Shown one piece after another: positions 9,831-20,100 of a stretch of 64,000 bases of DNA. Position 1 is the stretch's first letter, and every line of letters begins with the position of its first letter. This DNA is from Armatimonadota bacterium. GTDB taxonomy: Bacteria; Armatimonadota; UBA5829; DTJY01. Below the pieces are notes generated by a model. It ran no database searches, was not told the DNA's origin, and saw only the letters and a program-made list of their open reading frames with translations. A program made the position numbers and the translations under genes. The stretch lies in the NCBI GenBank assembly GCA_035528905.1, contig DATKXU010000060.1, positions 8,863-72,862 on the forward strand. Reading direction: 5' to 3'.

Positions 9831-10901
9831 TTAGTTAGTATCATGGTCTTGTTGTCGGACGACCCCACGCTCATTAGGTTGCTGTCTGTCTAGTCTTACG
9901 CCTGTCCTTTGCTTTTTCCGCCGCTGGGACGGCGCTCGCTGTATGCGCTTCTCGCCTTCATGCTCTGCGAGGCAATAGTAAGGGTCTGTGGCGGCGCCAA
10001 TGGATATTACCAGGCCCTTCGACATAAGTCGTCGCAAATGTTTGACCGCCTCATGTAAGTGCAGGTTAGTCCCTGCCGTGATGTCGAGAAGCTTACATGG
10101 CCGTCTGCCAAGGAGATCTAGCAGCGCATCCTCAGCAGATTCGCAGGCATGATCAGCCTTGGTTGTTATTGGGCCCGGCGCTATTACCTCCGAGCAAGGG
10201 CCGAGTATCTCGCATGCTTTGGATAACAGGGCATCTGATACGGGAAGAGCCTCGCCTGAACGAGAGGGCCGCTCGACCGTGTTGATCTGAACCTTGTCCG
10301 GCTGCATCCGGTCAATGATCCTTCGCATTGCTTCCAGTTCTGCTTCGGAATCATTCAAGTTCTGGACAAGCATGACCTCAAGCCAAAACTCCCCGGCGAA
10401 CTCCTGCCGCGCACGCTCAAGCCCCTCAATTACCTCGTGAAAACGGATTCCGTCAGCCGGTCGGTTGACCAGGGAGAATACTTCTTCGGTCCCAGCGTCA
10501 AGCGACGGCAGAAGCAAGTCAGCGCACGACACCGCGGCCCGCACCGCCGGTTCCGAAAGCAATGATCCATTCGTAATCACTGCAATCGGTATGTCGGTCA
10601 GGAGCGACGCTTTTCCGACCATCTCATCAAGCTCTGAGTTCAGCGTAGGCTCTCCGGACCCGCTGAAGGTGATGTAGTCGGCAGTATGACCATCCGCCAG
10701 CCATTTTTGCAACTCTCGGATAACATCATCCGTCCTGATCAACACTTGGGGCTTGCTCGTAAGTCTGGTAGTCCTGCCTAGCTGGCAGTAGATACAATCG
10801 TAACTGCAGACTTTGTAAGGCACGATATCCACGCCGAGTGAGCGTCCCAGCCTTCGAGACGGCACAGGGCCGTATAGGTGTTTGAATCGCTTAGCTTGCA
10901 T
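9831..10901 (-). CDS. Radical SAM protein (COG0731-like, NifB/MoaA-related)
   Basis: CSYDCIYC (Cx3Cx2C) immediately after the GPVPSRRLGRSLGVD motif. Confidence 0.8.
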   Translation of the reverse strand: MQAKRFKHLYGPVPSRRLGRSLGVDIVPYKVCSYDCIYCQLGRTTRLTSKPQVLIRTDDVIRELQKWLADGHTADYITFSGSGEPTLNSELDEMVGKASLLTDIPIAVITNGSLLSEPAVRAAVSCADLLLPSLDAGTEEVFSLVNRPADGIRFHEVIEGLERARQEFAGEFWLEVMLVQNLNDSEAELEAMRRIIDRMQPDKVQINTVERPSRSGEALPVSDALLSKACEILGPCSEVIAPGPITTKADHACESAEDALLDLLGRRPCKLLDITAGTNLHLHEAVKHLRRLMSKGLVISIGAATDPYYCLAEHEGEKRIQRAPSQRRKKQRTGVRLDRQQPNERGVVRQQDHDTN

Positions 10902-11190
10902 ATACGCCTCTGTTCAAGGGCACAGGTTCGGAGAGCAGTTTGTTCCTGATTATCCAAAGCAGGACTCTGAGCCGATGCTTCTTTATCGCCGGGCTTGCGC
11001 TCCCGATCATCCAGCAGTTCTTGCCACAACATGCAACGGACTGCCGCAGCTTGTCCGCACCCGAACCGGTCCAGATATCATCGAATGTGCACTCCTTGAT
11101 ACTGCCCATACTGAGTTCCAGGGCATTGCATGGACGCACTTCCCCAAATGGGTCTACCAGAAAGATACGCGTTTCCATTTTCGGCTCCAT
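10891..11190 (-). CDS. Small Cys-rich protein (SPASM/twitch-like motif), hypothetical
   Basis: 99 aa with CNALEL...CCGKNCWM. Precedes the radical SAM gene with an 11-nt overlap. Confidence 0.35.
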   Translation of the reverse strand: MEPKMETRIFLVDPFGEVRPCNALELSMGSIKECTFDDIWTGSGADKLRQSVACCGKNCWMIGSASPAIKKHRLRVLLWIIRNKLLSEPVPLNRGVYAS

Positions 11191-11192
11191 TT

Positions 11193-11729
11193 TTAGTGCT
11201 CCAGTGCCTTGTCCAACCTGGCCGCGAGGACGTTCTTGGATTCGACTCCGACGGCACGATCAACCGGCTCGCCACCCTTGAATAGAATCAGCGTCGGTAT
11301 TCCGTAAATGCTGTACCGCGCCGCAAGCTGTTGGTTCTCATCCGTGTTCACCTTGACTATCTTCACCTTACCGGCGTAGTCTGCCGCGAGCTGGTCGAGT
11401 ATCGGCGCCACCATCCGGCATGGCGCGCACCACGGCGCCCAGAAATCAACCAAAACGGGCTCTTTGGACTGCAGTACCTCACGGTCAAAGCTTGCTGTCG
11501 ATACTGCTACTGTACTACTCATCCTTTCTGCTCCTTTCGGTTCGGTATCGCCATCTTCCGGGGCTGCGACTGGTGCGATTTCGTCTGAGACTTTGGGGGT
11601 GCAGGCCGGGTTTTCGGATGTTGTCACGTAGTGCAGAACCACGAGAAACCCCGCTACCGTTAGCAAAACCAATATATACTTGGATCTGCCTCTGAGAGAG
11701 CTGCGGAGGTAGTTTGCTGTATCTAGCAT
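11193..11729 (-). CDS. Thioredoxin with N-terminal membrane anchor
   Basis: WAPWCAPC active site and a full thioredoxin fold. N-terminal hydrophobic helix YILVLLTVAGFLVVL. Confidence 0.82.
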   Translation of the reverse strand: MLDTANYLRSSLRGRSKYILVLLTVAGFLVVLHYVTTSENPACTPKVSDEIAPVAAPEDGDTEPKGAERMSSTVAVSTASFDREVLQSKEPVLVDFWAPWCAPCRMVAPILDQLAADYAGKVKIVKVNTDENQQLAARYSIYGIPTLILFKGGEPVDRAVGVESKNVLAARLDKALEH

Positions 11730-12166
11730 TCGCGTTTCTCACCCGCTTTCTGTCTTGCCTTATCCCCCAGAAACTTGGCCTCGGCTGATGCTTTCTGCTT
11801 GTTATCCTGCATAATCGAGGCTTTGAGTTCATAGAATCGTCCACGCTGCCTGACGAGGCAGGCCGAGACGGTCAGCTTCCTGTTGACCAGAACCGGCTCT
11901 GAAAATCTGATGTTCAAGCGAGCGGTCAGAGCCTCTATTCCATCGCTGAAAAGGCAATTCGTCACGGCAGAGTCAAGTAAGGTAGAGACAATCCCTCCCT
12001 GGACGATTCCGGGGTAGCCCTGGTATTCCTCGCCCAGAACGCACTCGGTGCTGACTCTGTGCTTTCCTATGGCTCGAAACTTCAGGCCTAAGCCGTGCTG
12101 GTTCTGGGTTCCGCAGGCAAAACAGCGTGCGTGTACAAACTCCCCACTTGGATGCATTGCTCTCAT
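11723..12166 (-). CDS. Hotdog-fold thioesterase (PaaI/YbgC-like)
   Basis: GIVQGGIVSTLLD motif and hotdog-length (147 aa). Confidence 0.6.
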   Translation of the reverse strand: MRAMHPSGEFVHARCFACGTQNQHGLGLKFRAIGKHRVSTECVLGEEYQGYPGIVQGGIVSTLLDSAVTNCLFSDGIEALTARLNIRFSEPVLVNRKLTVSACLVRQRGRFYELKASIMQDNKQKASAEAKFLGDKARQKAGEKREC

Positions 12167-13035
12167 ACCAGTAGATCTCTGGTTCTTTCCCAGGCCTGTC
12201 TCACCGCCGAAGCAGCCGGGCCGTCGGAAAACTCCACAAGTGGCTTGCCGGCTGCTATCGCATGAGTCGCCGTTTCGTCGAAGGGCATTTCCCCCGCCAC
12301 TGGAATAGAGTGCTTCTCGCAGAAGTCGCGTATCCGCCGGCTGTTATCGGGATTCAAGTCCCACTTGTTTATAATCACCGCCGTCCGAAGCCTGAAATGC
12401 TCAGTCAGTTGAACCACTCGCTGCATGTCATGTATCCCTGAGAGGGTTGGTTCTGTCACTATGAGTGCAAGATCAACATCGGTCAGTGCCGCCGTGGCCG
12501 TGCAGCCTATCCCCGGCGGGCCATCAACAAGTACGAGGCCTCTGTCATCTCGAAGAGCAATGTCCTCCGCCTGTTGCCGCACAACGGTTACCAGCCGGCC
12601 TGAACTCTCTCCTCCCGGCATGAGCTTTGCGTGCGCCATTGGACCGTATGCGGTGTCAGAGAGAAAGTATTCGCCGCTCTTTACGGTTTCCAGCGTCAGG
12701 GCATGCGCGGGGCAGACCAAAGTGCATAGGCCGCAGCCCTCGCAAGCAAAGCGGTTCACTTCCTCAACCGTGATTGCGTCGAACCTGCACCTGAGCTCGC
12801 AATTTCCGCAGCCTATGCATTTGCTATCATCCCGAACGGCGACTTTAGCCCCGTAAAAGTCGTGCCTCTCCTCGATTCTGGGCTGAAGGAGCAGGTGCAG
12901 GTTCGCGGCATCCACGTCGCAATCCGCAAGCACCTTGTCCTTCGCCAGAACTGCGAACGACCCCAGAACGGTCGTCTTGCCAGTCCCGCCTTTCCCGCTC
13001 ACGACGGTTAGCTGTTTTAGTCCATTCAATTGCAA
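12163..13035 (-). CDS. MinD/ParA-family P-loop ATPase with inserted 4Fe-4S ferredoxin domain
   Basis: Deviant Walker A SGKGGTGKTT, then CIGCGNCELRC and CEGCGLCTLVCP. Confidence 0.8.
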   Translation of the reverse strand: MQLNGLKQLTVVSGKGGTGKTTVLGSFAVLAKDKVLADCDVDAANLHLLLQPRIEERHDFYGAKVAVRDDSKCIGCGNCELRCRFDAITVEEVNRFACEGCGLCTLVCPAHALTLETVKSGEYFLSDTAYGPMAHAKLMPGGESSGRLVTVVRQQAEDIALRDDRGLVLVDGPPGIGCTATAALTDVDLALIVTEPTLSGIHDMQRVVQLTEHFRLRTAVIINKWDLNPDNSRRIRDFCEKHSIPVAGEMPFDETATHAIAAGKPLVEFSDGPAASAVRQAWERTRDLLV

Positions 13036-13110
13036 GTGAGCACTCCGTACCTTGAAGGCATGCCTCTTCCCACCATAGGGGAGGCAGGCGCAGGTATTGG
13101 GCGGAACAGA

Positions 13111-13362
13111 TCACCATCTACCTCTGCCGCGGCCACGGCCCATGCCGCGTCCCATTCCGCCGCCCCGGCCTCCAAGAGGCCTTGCACCGGGATAGGCGGA
13201 GCCCGTCCACAGATTGCGGAGCCAGCTCACCAGATTGAACGCATTAGGGCCATATGCAGGATTGGTCTGCCCGGGAGTCGGATTCGGCTGAACGCAGAAA
13301 CCCCTCCCACCGCCGGTCATTGGTCCCTGGCCTGCAGGTCCTGTGCCATCAAACCCTGGCAT
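13111..13362 (-). CDS. Gly/Arg-rich DUF5320-like small protein
   Basis: MPGFDGTGPAGQGPMTGGGRGFC start and C-terminal GGRGGGMGRGMGRGRGRGRW. Start set at the internal Met. Confidence 0.42.
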   Translation of the reverse strand: MPGFDGTGPAGQGPMTGGGRGFCVQPNPTPGQTNPAYGPNAFNLVSWLRNLWTGSAYPGARPLGGRGGGMGRGMGRGRGRGRW

Positions 13363-14251
13363 ACTCATCACCTCCAGTCGGCGTGCTGATATTCTGAACA
13401 ATCGCGTCGTAGGTGTTCAGGAACGGATCTTTCCATTCAGGCATTGCGGCTGTCAGCGTAATGCCTCTGGAATACGCCTCGGCGACTTTCCTGATCTCTG
13501 GAATCCTGAGGAGCAGGGGGATATCCTGCTGCCGACAGTACTCCTGGATTCCGGGATCCGTCGGGCCGTCGCGGTTGACGATGATGCCACAAGGCACGCT
13601 CAATGCTTTGCATGTATCCACTGCCGCCCTCAGATCGCTGAGCCCGAACGGGGTCGGCTCTGTGACCAGAATGCAGTAGTCCGATGCCTCGATGGTTCCC
13701 TGCATGGGGCAGGCGGTTCCGGGTGGAGCATCCAAAATGCTAATCATTCCGGGGTCGATGTACTCTTTCGTGGCCTTGATAACCGGCCCGCTCCTCTGCA
13801 CTCCGACATTGGCCTTCCCCATGTGGAAACGTATCCCTTCATCCGTGCGGCCGCTGGATGCAACGCCTATCTGACGAGTCTCCTCATCTATAGCCAACCT
13901 GGGACATGCGTAGATGCAAGCCCCGCAGCCGCAGCACAGCTCCGGGAAAGTCAATATCGCGTCCCGTATGACAGCGATGGCGCTGAACTGACACACCTGC
14001 GCGCAGATGCCGCATCTGTCGCATTTCAACTTGTCTACGCGCGGGATCAGAATCGAGACGCTCTCCGTGCGGTCAATCATAGGTCTGAGCAGCAGGTGCG
14101 CGTTCGGCTCCTCGACATCGCAATCGAGGAGCTGGACTTTGCCGGGATACTGATCGTTCAGCGCCAAAGCAAGGCTGGTCGCTATCAGCGTCTTGCCGGT
14201 TCCGCCTTTACCTGCCGCTACTGCTATTGTGGGAGTATACGGTTCCCTCAT
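13349..14251 (-). CDS. MinD/ParA-family P-loop ATPase with inserted 4Fe-4S ferredoxin domain (paralog)
   Basis: AGKGGTGKT, CDRCGICAQVC, CCGCGACIYACP. Confidence 0.8.
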   Translation of the reverse strand: MREPYTPTIAVAAGKGGTGKTLIATSLALALNDQYPGKVQLLDCDVEEPNAHLLLRPMIDRTESVSILIPRVDKLKCDRCGICAQVCQFSAIAVIRDAILTFPELCCGCGACIYACPRLAIDEETRQIGVASSGRTDEGIRFHMGKANVGVQRSGPVIKATKEYIDPGMISILDAPPGTACPMQGTIEASDYCILVTEPTPFGLSDLRAAVDTCKALSVPCGIIVNRDGPTDPGIQEYCRQQDIPLLLRIPEIRKVAEAYSRGITLTAAMPEWKDPFLNTYDAIVQNISTPTGGDEYARV

Positions 14252-14275
14252 GACAAATCCAGTCTACGGGTAAGA

Positions 14276-14773
14276 CTAACGTCCACCACGCCCGCGGCCC
14301 ATTCCGCCGCCGCGGCCCATCCCTCGGCCTCCACCCATACCGCCTCCGCCGCCCATACCCGGCCCAAAGCCCTGGGCGGGACCTGCGCCGGGCGTCGGCC
14401 CTGCTCCTTGCCCCATACCGTAGTGTGCCTGGACGCTCGGGCCTCCAACAGGCTGGAGTGCGCCGGTCTTCAATGCCTCAATCGCCTGTCGGACGGTCCC
14501 GCCGGCCCAGGTGTAGACCTGTATGCCGCCGGCATTCAAGGCCTGAAATGCGTTCGGGCCGAAGTTGCCCGCGATGACCGCCTCCACACCCTTGCTTGCG
14601 ACGATCTGAGCGGCCATGATGCCTGCTCCCTGCCCCTGTGCTGCCGCCGGGTTCGGCACGGCCTCAAACTCGAGGGTGTCGGTGTCTACTATGAGGAAGT
14701 AGGCGCATCGTCCGAAACGAGGATCCCCCATGGAATCGAGGTTGTTTCCTGTTGAGCATACTGCAGCTTTCAT
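14276..14773 (-). CDS. NifX/NafY-like FeMo-cofactor-binding domain protein with Gly/Arg-rich C-terminal tail
   Basis: Nitro_FeMo-Co pattern (GRCAYFLIVD...VEAVIAGNFGPNAFQAL). Tail GGGGGMGGGRGMGRGGGMGRGRGGR. Confidence 0.72.
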   Translation of the reverse strand: MKAAVCSTGNNLDSMGDPRFGRCAYFLIVDTDTLEFEAVPNPAAAQGQGAGIMAAQIVASKGVEAVIAGNFGPNAFQALNAGGIQVYTWAGGTVRQAIEALKTGALQPVGGPSVQAHYGMGQGAGPTPGAGPAQGFGPGMGGGGGMGGGRGMGRGGGMGRGRGGR

Positions 14774-14883
14774 ATCGCTATCCCTCCTGGTTTGAAAAAT
14801 GCCCGCCCTGCCGCAGCCGGGGCCGTTTGAGTAGTTTCCGGAAGACTGACGAATCTCAGCCTTCGCCGCAGGGCGGGAACGGA

Positions 14884-15159
14884 CTACTCTTTTTCCAGCT
14901 CTTCGATCTCAGCCTTGACCGCATCAATCTGCTGCTGGAGCAGCGCAGCCTGGTTCTTCAGCACGGTGAGCTGATCGAAACCGGCGGGCTGCACGCCCTG
15001 CCCTGCCTGCTGCATCTGCGGCGTGGGCCACTGGCCGCTTAGCAGGAACTGAGCACACGGACCCAGTCCGCTGGGGCTTCGGCCAACCCATCCCGGGCTG
15101 TAGCCGAACCGCATCCAGCCGGGAAGCCCGGTTGCGTAGTACATGTTCCTGTGTCGCAT
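14884..15159 (-). CDS. DUF5320-like protein (YATGLPGW motif + C-terminal coiled coil)
   Basis: MYYATGLPGWMRFGY... then heptad-like LQQQIDAVKAEIEELEKE. Confidence 0.42.
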   Translation of the reverse strand: MRHRNMYYATGLPGWMRFGYSPGWVGRSPSGLGPCAQFLLSGQWPTPQMQQAGQGVQPAGFDQLTVLKNQAALLQQQIDAVKAEIEELEKE

Positions 15160-15283
15160 TCTTGCACCTCCTATCTACGCGCGCATCGATGTGTTTCTCA
15201 GCTAAGTGTGAATTACATCTAACACAGCGCAAAAAATTTTACGTGTGTGCGATTACAGATCGGCCAGGTTATAGAACGTAAGA

Positions 15284-15676
15284 TCAACGCTCAGCCTGTG
15301 CTGCAGGTGATGAAGGTTCTTGAGTCAATCGAAACTCCCCTAGGAACCTGTCCATTTCCTGCCGGCGCTTCTCAATCAGCTGCGCCCATTCCATCAGGTG
15401 CGTCTGGCCTTCCTTTGTAAGCGAGTAACATCTCCTCGCCGGCCCCGGGCCGACTGTATCCCAGGTCGAAGTCACCATTCCCGCGCTTTCGAGTTGCCGC
15501 AGAATCCTATAAACCGCGCCAGCCTCGATCTCCGAATCCGTCATCGCCAGCCTTTGGACGTGATGGGCTAGATCGTACCCATGGACGCCCGGATGCTGTT
15601 TGATCGCGAGAATAACGACGGGCTCTATCAACCTGGATAGTTTTCCCATGCTGCACGAGCACGGCGGACCACCCAT
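15284..15676 (-). CDS. PadR-family transcriptional regulator
   Basis: Winged-helix PadR pattern HGYDLAHHV...GAVYRILRQLESAGMV...RRCYSLTKEG. Confidence 0.8.
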   Translation of the reverse strand: MGGPPCSCSMGKLSRLIEPVVILAIKQHPGVHGYDLAHHVQRLAMTDSEIEAGAVYRILRQLESAGMVTSTWDTVGPGPARRCYSLTKEGQTHLMEWAQLIEKRRQEMDRFLGEFRLTQEPSSPAAQAER

Positions 15677-15879
15677 ACCGTGCCGGCGACAGTATTGTCT
15701 TCGCAGTGTAGGTCACCCCTAAGTGTATGTTCCATCTATACTATACAACCGGTGGATATTTTTGTCAACCGGGGGCAGGAGATTTTTTTGCGGAGATTTC
15801 TCTATCCTGACTGACCTCACCTGAGACCCGAGATCGGCCAGCAGGACAAGATGGCACAGCGCGTCTGCACCCGAACTGC

Positions 15880-16869
15880 TTGCTCCAGTATGCCAGGTAT
15901 GGTGTGTGGAACGTGCGAGGCAAGAACCAGCGTTGGAAGCCCCCGTCCGGGTGGATTATCGTCGAGAACGCACATCAGGCGTTGATAACGGAGGACGAAG
16001 CCAAAAGGGTAATCGAGGTTCGCAAAAGCATTCACCGTAAAGGGTTGCAGGCTGCTTCCAACAGGAGCAGAAGCTCTTCATATTTGCTCAGCGGGGGCTC
16101 GTTTGTCTGCGGACGTTGCGGGAGCCACATGATGGGGTATCGGCGGAGTGGAGAGGGCACATACTATATCTGTGGTAGTCAGCCTTATCGAAAAGGTATG
16201 GGATGTGGGCCGGGGGTGTATGTACCGCAGCAGGGCTTGGAACAGGAGGTTATCGCTGGTCTCCGCGAGCTGGTCGGTATCTGTGCCGACCCGAACGGCT
16301 TTACCCGTCAGGTGAATGAGGAGCTTCGGCGGCTTTGGGAAGAATCGGTGGGCTACAACCCGACCGATGGAGAGCAGTTGGAGCGGATTGAGGCCAAACT
16401 CGCCAACATCCGCCGGGCGATTGAGGACGGGCTGGCGGACACGACCTGGGCGAACAGCCGTTTGCGGGAACTCTCAGCCGAACGGGATGGGCTGATTTTG
16501 GCTAGTCAGGCGTTGGGCCGGCCTCCTCAGATAGACCGCGACACGGCGATGGCGTACAGGGCGCAGGCGGACAAGATTATGGGAACGGGGACGTATGCGG
16601 AGAAGAAGCAGCTGATCAGGTCATGTGTAGACAGAATAACAATAGCTCCGGATACCTTGGAAGTCGAAATCCAATACAAGGTACCCGAAGCCATTGGTGC
16701 ATTAAGTGGGAGCGGGGGCGTGCTCCGTTGCTATCTACACCGGACTAGCCGCCTGGCTGGTCAGGCGGTATCAGTTGGCGAGGAATGGGAGACATGGAGA
16801 ACACCATTCGATCTAAGCTACGATGTCAGCCAACGCGTTATCATTTGGTCGAACTGCCTCATGATGTAA
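15880..16869 (+). pseudogene. Remnant of a large serine recombinase (recombinase domain + zinc-ribbon only; catalytic resolvase domain missing)
   Basis: About 60% identical to the C-terminal half of the intact recombinase at 53161-54861 (YGVWNVRGK...CGRCG...YYICG). Homology ends exactly at the 14-bp att-like repeat (16705-16718). No N-terminal Ser-catalytic domain. Confidence 0.7.
16705..16718. repeat. Direct repeat AGTGGGAGCGGGGG = duplicated tRNA-Met 3' end (att-like, distal island boundary)
   Basis: Exact 14-nt match to 54816-54829, which overlaps the 3' terminus of the tRNA gene. Confidence 0.55.
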
Positions 16870-17134
16870 GGGGAAAAGAAGCACTCGAATGGCAACTCTA
16901 GTGCCACGAGGTCGCCCACGCTTAACTCAGTGAATCCGGCGATAGTCAACGAATCTGGATCATAGCCGGAATCGACCTGCGACATACCACTGACAGCTTC
17001 TAGAAAGCTCTTGTCGTATCCTCTATGTTGGTGCTATTATGTTCGTGGAGTGAACATCCAGACCGCTCTCACTCCCTTCAGGCAGCACTGTATCGCCGGT
17101 CTTTCAAACAACGACGGTCAAGTATGGTGATTGC

Positions 17135-20100
17135 ATGAGCCAAGAACCGACATACGGAAGGCGTGAAATTCGTGTCTTCATCTCTTCCACATTCCGCGAT
17201 ATGCATGCGGAGCGCGAGGAGCTGGTCAAGCGCGTCTTCCCGCAGCTTCGGAAGCTCTGCGAGCAGCGCGGAGTCGTCTGGGGCGAGGTTGATCTGCGCT
17301 GGGGTGTCACCGACGAGCAGAAGGCCGAGGGCAAAGTGTTGCCCATTTGCCTGGCGGAGATCCAGCGCTGCCGGCCGTATTTCATCGGGCTGCTTGGTGA
17401 ACGCTACGGCTGGGTGCCGGAGGAGATCGATCCTGACCTCGAAGAGCGGGAAAAGTGGCTAAAGGAACACCACGAGCGCTCCGTCACCGAGCTTGAAATC
17501 CTCCACGGCGTGCTTCGCGATCCCAAGATGGCCGACCACGCCTTCTTCTACTTCCGCGACTCTGACTATCTCAACCATCTGCCCGATGGGGCAAAGAGCG
17601 CCGATTTCATCAGCGAGAGCCCAGAATCGGCCGACAAACTGAAGCAGCTCAAAGATAGCATTCGCGCGGCGTATGCAGCGCGCAAGGTCCACAATCCACC
17701 ACGGGAGAATTATCTCACCCCGGAGGCGCTGGGCGAACTGGTTCTTCAGGATCTCACCAACGTCATCGACCGACTGTATCCAATAGGCGAAACCCCCGAT
17801 CCAATCGACCAGGAGGCTATGCGCCATGAGGCCTACGCGCAAAGCCGCCGCCTGGCGTTCATTGGACGGGAGGATCTGCTCAGTCGCGTGGACGAGCAAA
17901 TCTCTTCGGGACAGCAATACCTCGCGCTCACTGGAGAGTCCGGCTGTGGGAAGTCCGCGCTGCTCGCCGAATGGGTGGCTCGTTGGCGAGAAGACCATGC
18001 CGACGACCTCATCATCCAGCATTACATCGGCAGCACACCAGAGAGCGCCGACTGGCAGGGGCTGGTGCGCCGCATCCTCGGCGAACTCAAGCGCGCTTTC
18101 GACATTCCTGACGATATCCCGCTCCAGCCGGACGCCTTGAGGGGCGCGCTTTACGACTGGACGGCGAAGGCCGCCGGTTCGCGCCAAGTTGTGCTCGTGC
18201 TCGACGCGCTCAACCAGCTTACTGATGATAACGTGGCTCGGCAGCTTGGCTGGCTGCCGGTCGTCTTTTCGGCGAATTTTCGCGTGCTCGTCTCCGCGCT
18301 GCCGGGTGACAGCCTGGAAGCTCTGCGCCTGCGCGGTTGGCCGGAGCTGCCCGTGCCACTGTTTGATGAGGCCGACATCGCACCCGCGACGCTGGCTTAC
18401 TTCAAGATCTACAGCAAGACGCCATCAGATGAACTCCTGGCGAAACTGGTGGACACCCCCGCCGCGCGCAATCCACTGTACCTGCGTGCAGTGGCGGATG
18501 AATTGCGCCAGTTCGGCAGTCACGAGGGTCTGCTGGTCATGGCAGATGCTTATCTCGCCGCGCCGGACCTGCCCAGTTTGTATAACCGCATTCTGGCGCG
18601 CTGGCACGACGATTTCGGGCGTGATCCCGAGCATCCCGATGTCGTTCGCCGCTCGCTCTGCTTCATTGCATGCTCCCGGTTCGGGCTTACTGAAGCGGAA
18701 CTGCTCGACCTGCTTGGGAAGCAGAATGAGCGCGGGGAATACGCATCCTTGCCGCGGCACTTCTGGACCCCCTTCTATCTCGCTGCCGAGAGCGCGTTGG
18801 CTCATCGCGCCGGGCTGCTCACCTTCGGTCACGATTTCCTCCGCGCCGCCGTGCAGTCGCGATGGTTGACGGACGCTGAAGCCGTTCGGTCGTTCCGCCG
18901 GCAATTGGCAGACTACTTCGGCGAGACCGCTGATCCTACGGATCGCAAGCTGGACGAGCTGCCCACGCTCCTGCGCGACCTGAAGTTATCGGAGGCGCTG
19001 AAGAACCTGCTCGCCGACATTCCCACATTCCGCCGTCTGCGCTCCACAGAGCGCTGGAAATGGGAACTTCATGGCTTCTGGATCCCGCTGCGACAGCGCT
19101 ATGATCCGGGCGAAGTGTATGAGGCAGCCCTAGCGGTGCTGCAAGCAACAGAGGACGAGACATCTGTTACCAGAAACTGCAGCGAGGTGGCCGTTTTCCA
19201 CCAGGACGCAGGAGATTACGACGCCGCAGAGCCGCTGTTTCGCCGCACGCTGGATGCCAGGGAACGTGCCCTCGGGCCGGAGCATCCGGATACGCTTACC
19301 AGCGTCAACAACCTCGCCTTGCTGCTCTATTCCAAAGGCGACTACGATGCAGCAGAGCCGCTGTTTCACCGCGCGCTGGAGGGTTTTGAGCGCGTCTTCG
19401 GGCCGGAGCATCCGGATACGCTTACCAGCGTCAACAACCTAGCCGGGTTGCTCCTTTCCAAAGGCGACTACGACGCCGCAGAGCCGCTGTTTCGCCGCAC
19501 GCTGGATGCCAGGGAACGTGCCCTCGGGCCGGACCACTCGGATACGCTTGCCAGCGTCAACAACCTAGCCGGGTTACTCATCGAGAGGGGCGACTACGAC
19601 GCTGCAGAGCCGCTGTTTCGCCGCGCGCTGGAGGGTTTTGAGCGCGTCTTCGGGCTGGAGCATCCGAATACGCTGACGAGCGTCGGCAACCTTGCCGGAT
19701 CACTCGAGGACAAGAGCGACTATGACGCTGCAGAGCCGCTGTATCGCCGCGCGCTGGAGGCAAGGGAGCGCGTGCTCGGGCCGGAGCATCCAGCTACGCT
19801 GGCCAGCGTCAACAACCTCGCCGCGTTGCTCTATTCCAAAGGCGACTACGATGCAGCAGAGCCGCTGTTTCACCGCGCGCTGATTGGCAGGGAGCGCATC
19901 CTCGGGATGGACCACTCGGATACCTTGACGAGCGTCTGCGACCTCGCCGTGCTGCTCTATTCTAAAGGCGACTACGATGCCGCTGAGCCGCTGTATCGCC
20001 ACGCGCTGGAGAGCTGCGAGCGCATCTTCGGGCCGGGACATCCGGATACGCTGGGGACTGTCAACAGCCTTGCCTTTTTGCTCAAAGCCAAAGGCGACTA

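Noticed and set aside
13343-14755. 470-aa plus-strand ORF
   Set aside because: Antisense to a MinD/ParA-ferredoxin gene and the NifX-like gene, both of which have strong motifs on the minus strand.
17011-17040. Possible sigma-70 promoter (TTGTCG-18 nt-TATTAT) upstream of STAND paralog 1
   Set aside because: Plausible hexamers, but it is 95 nt from the start codon and has no supporting evidence. Too weak to list as a feature.
17459-18187. 242-aa minus-strand ORF
   Set aside because: Antisense to the NTPase region of STAND paralog 1.
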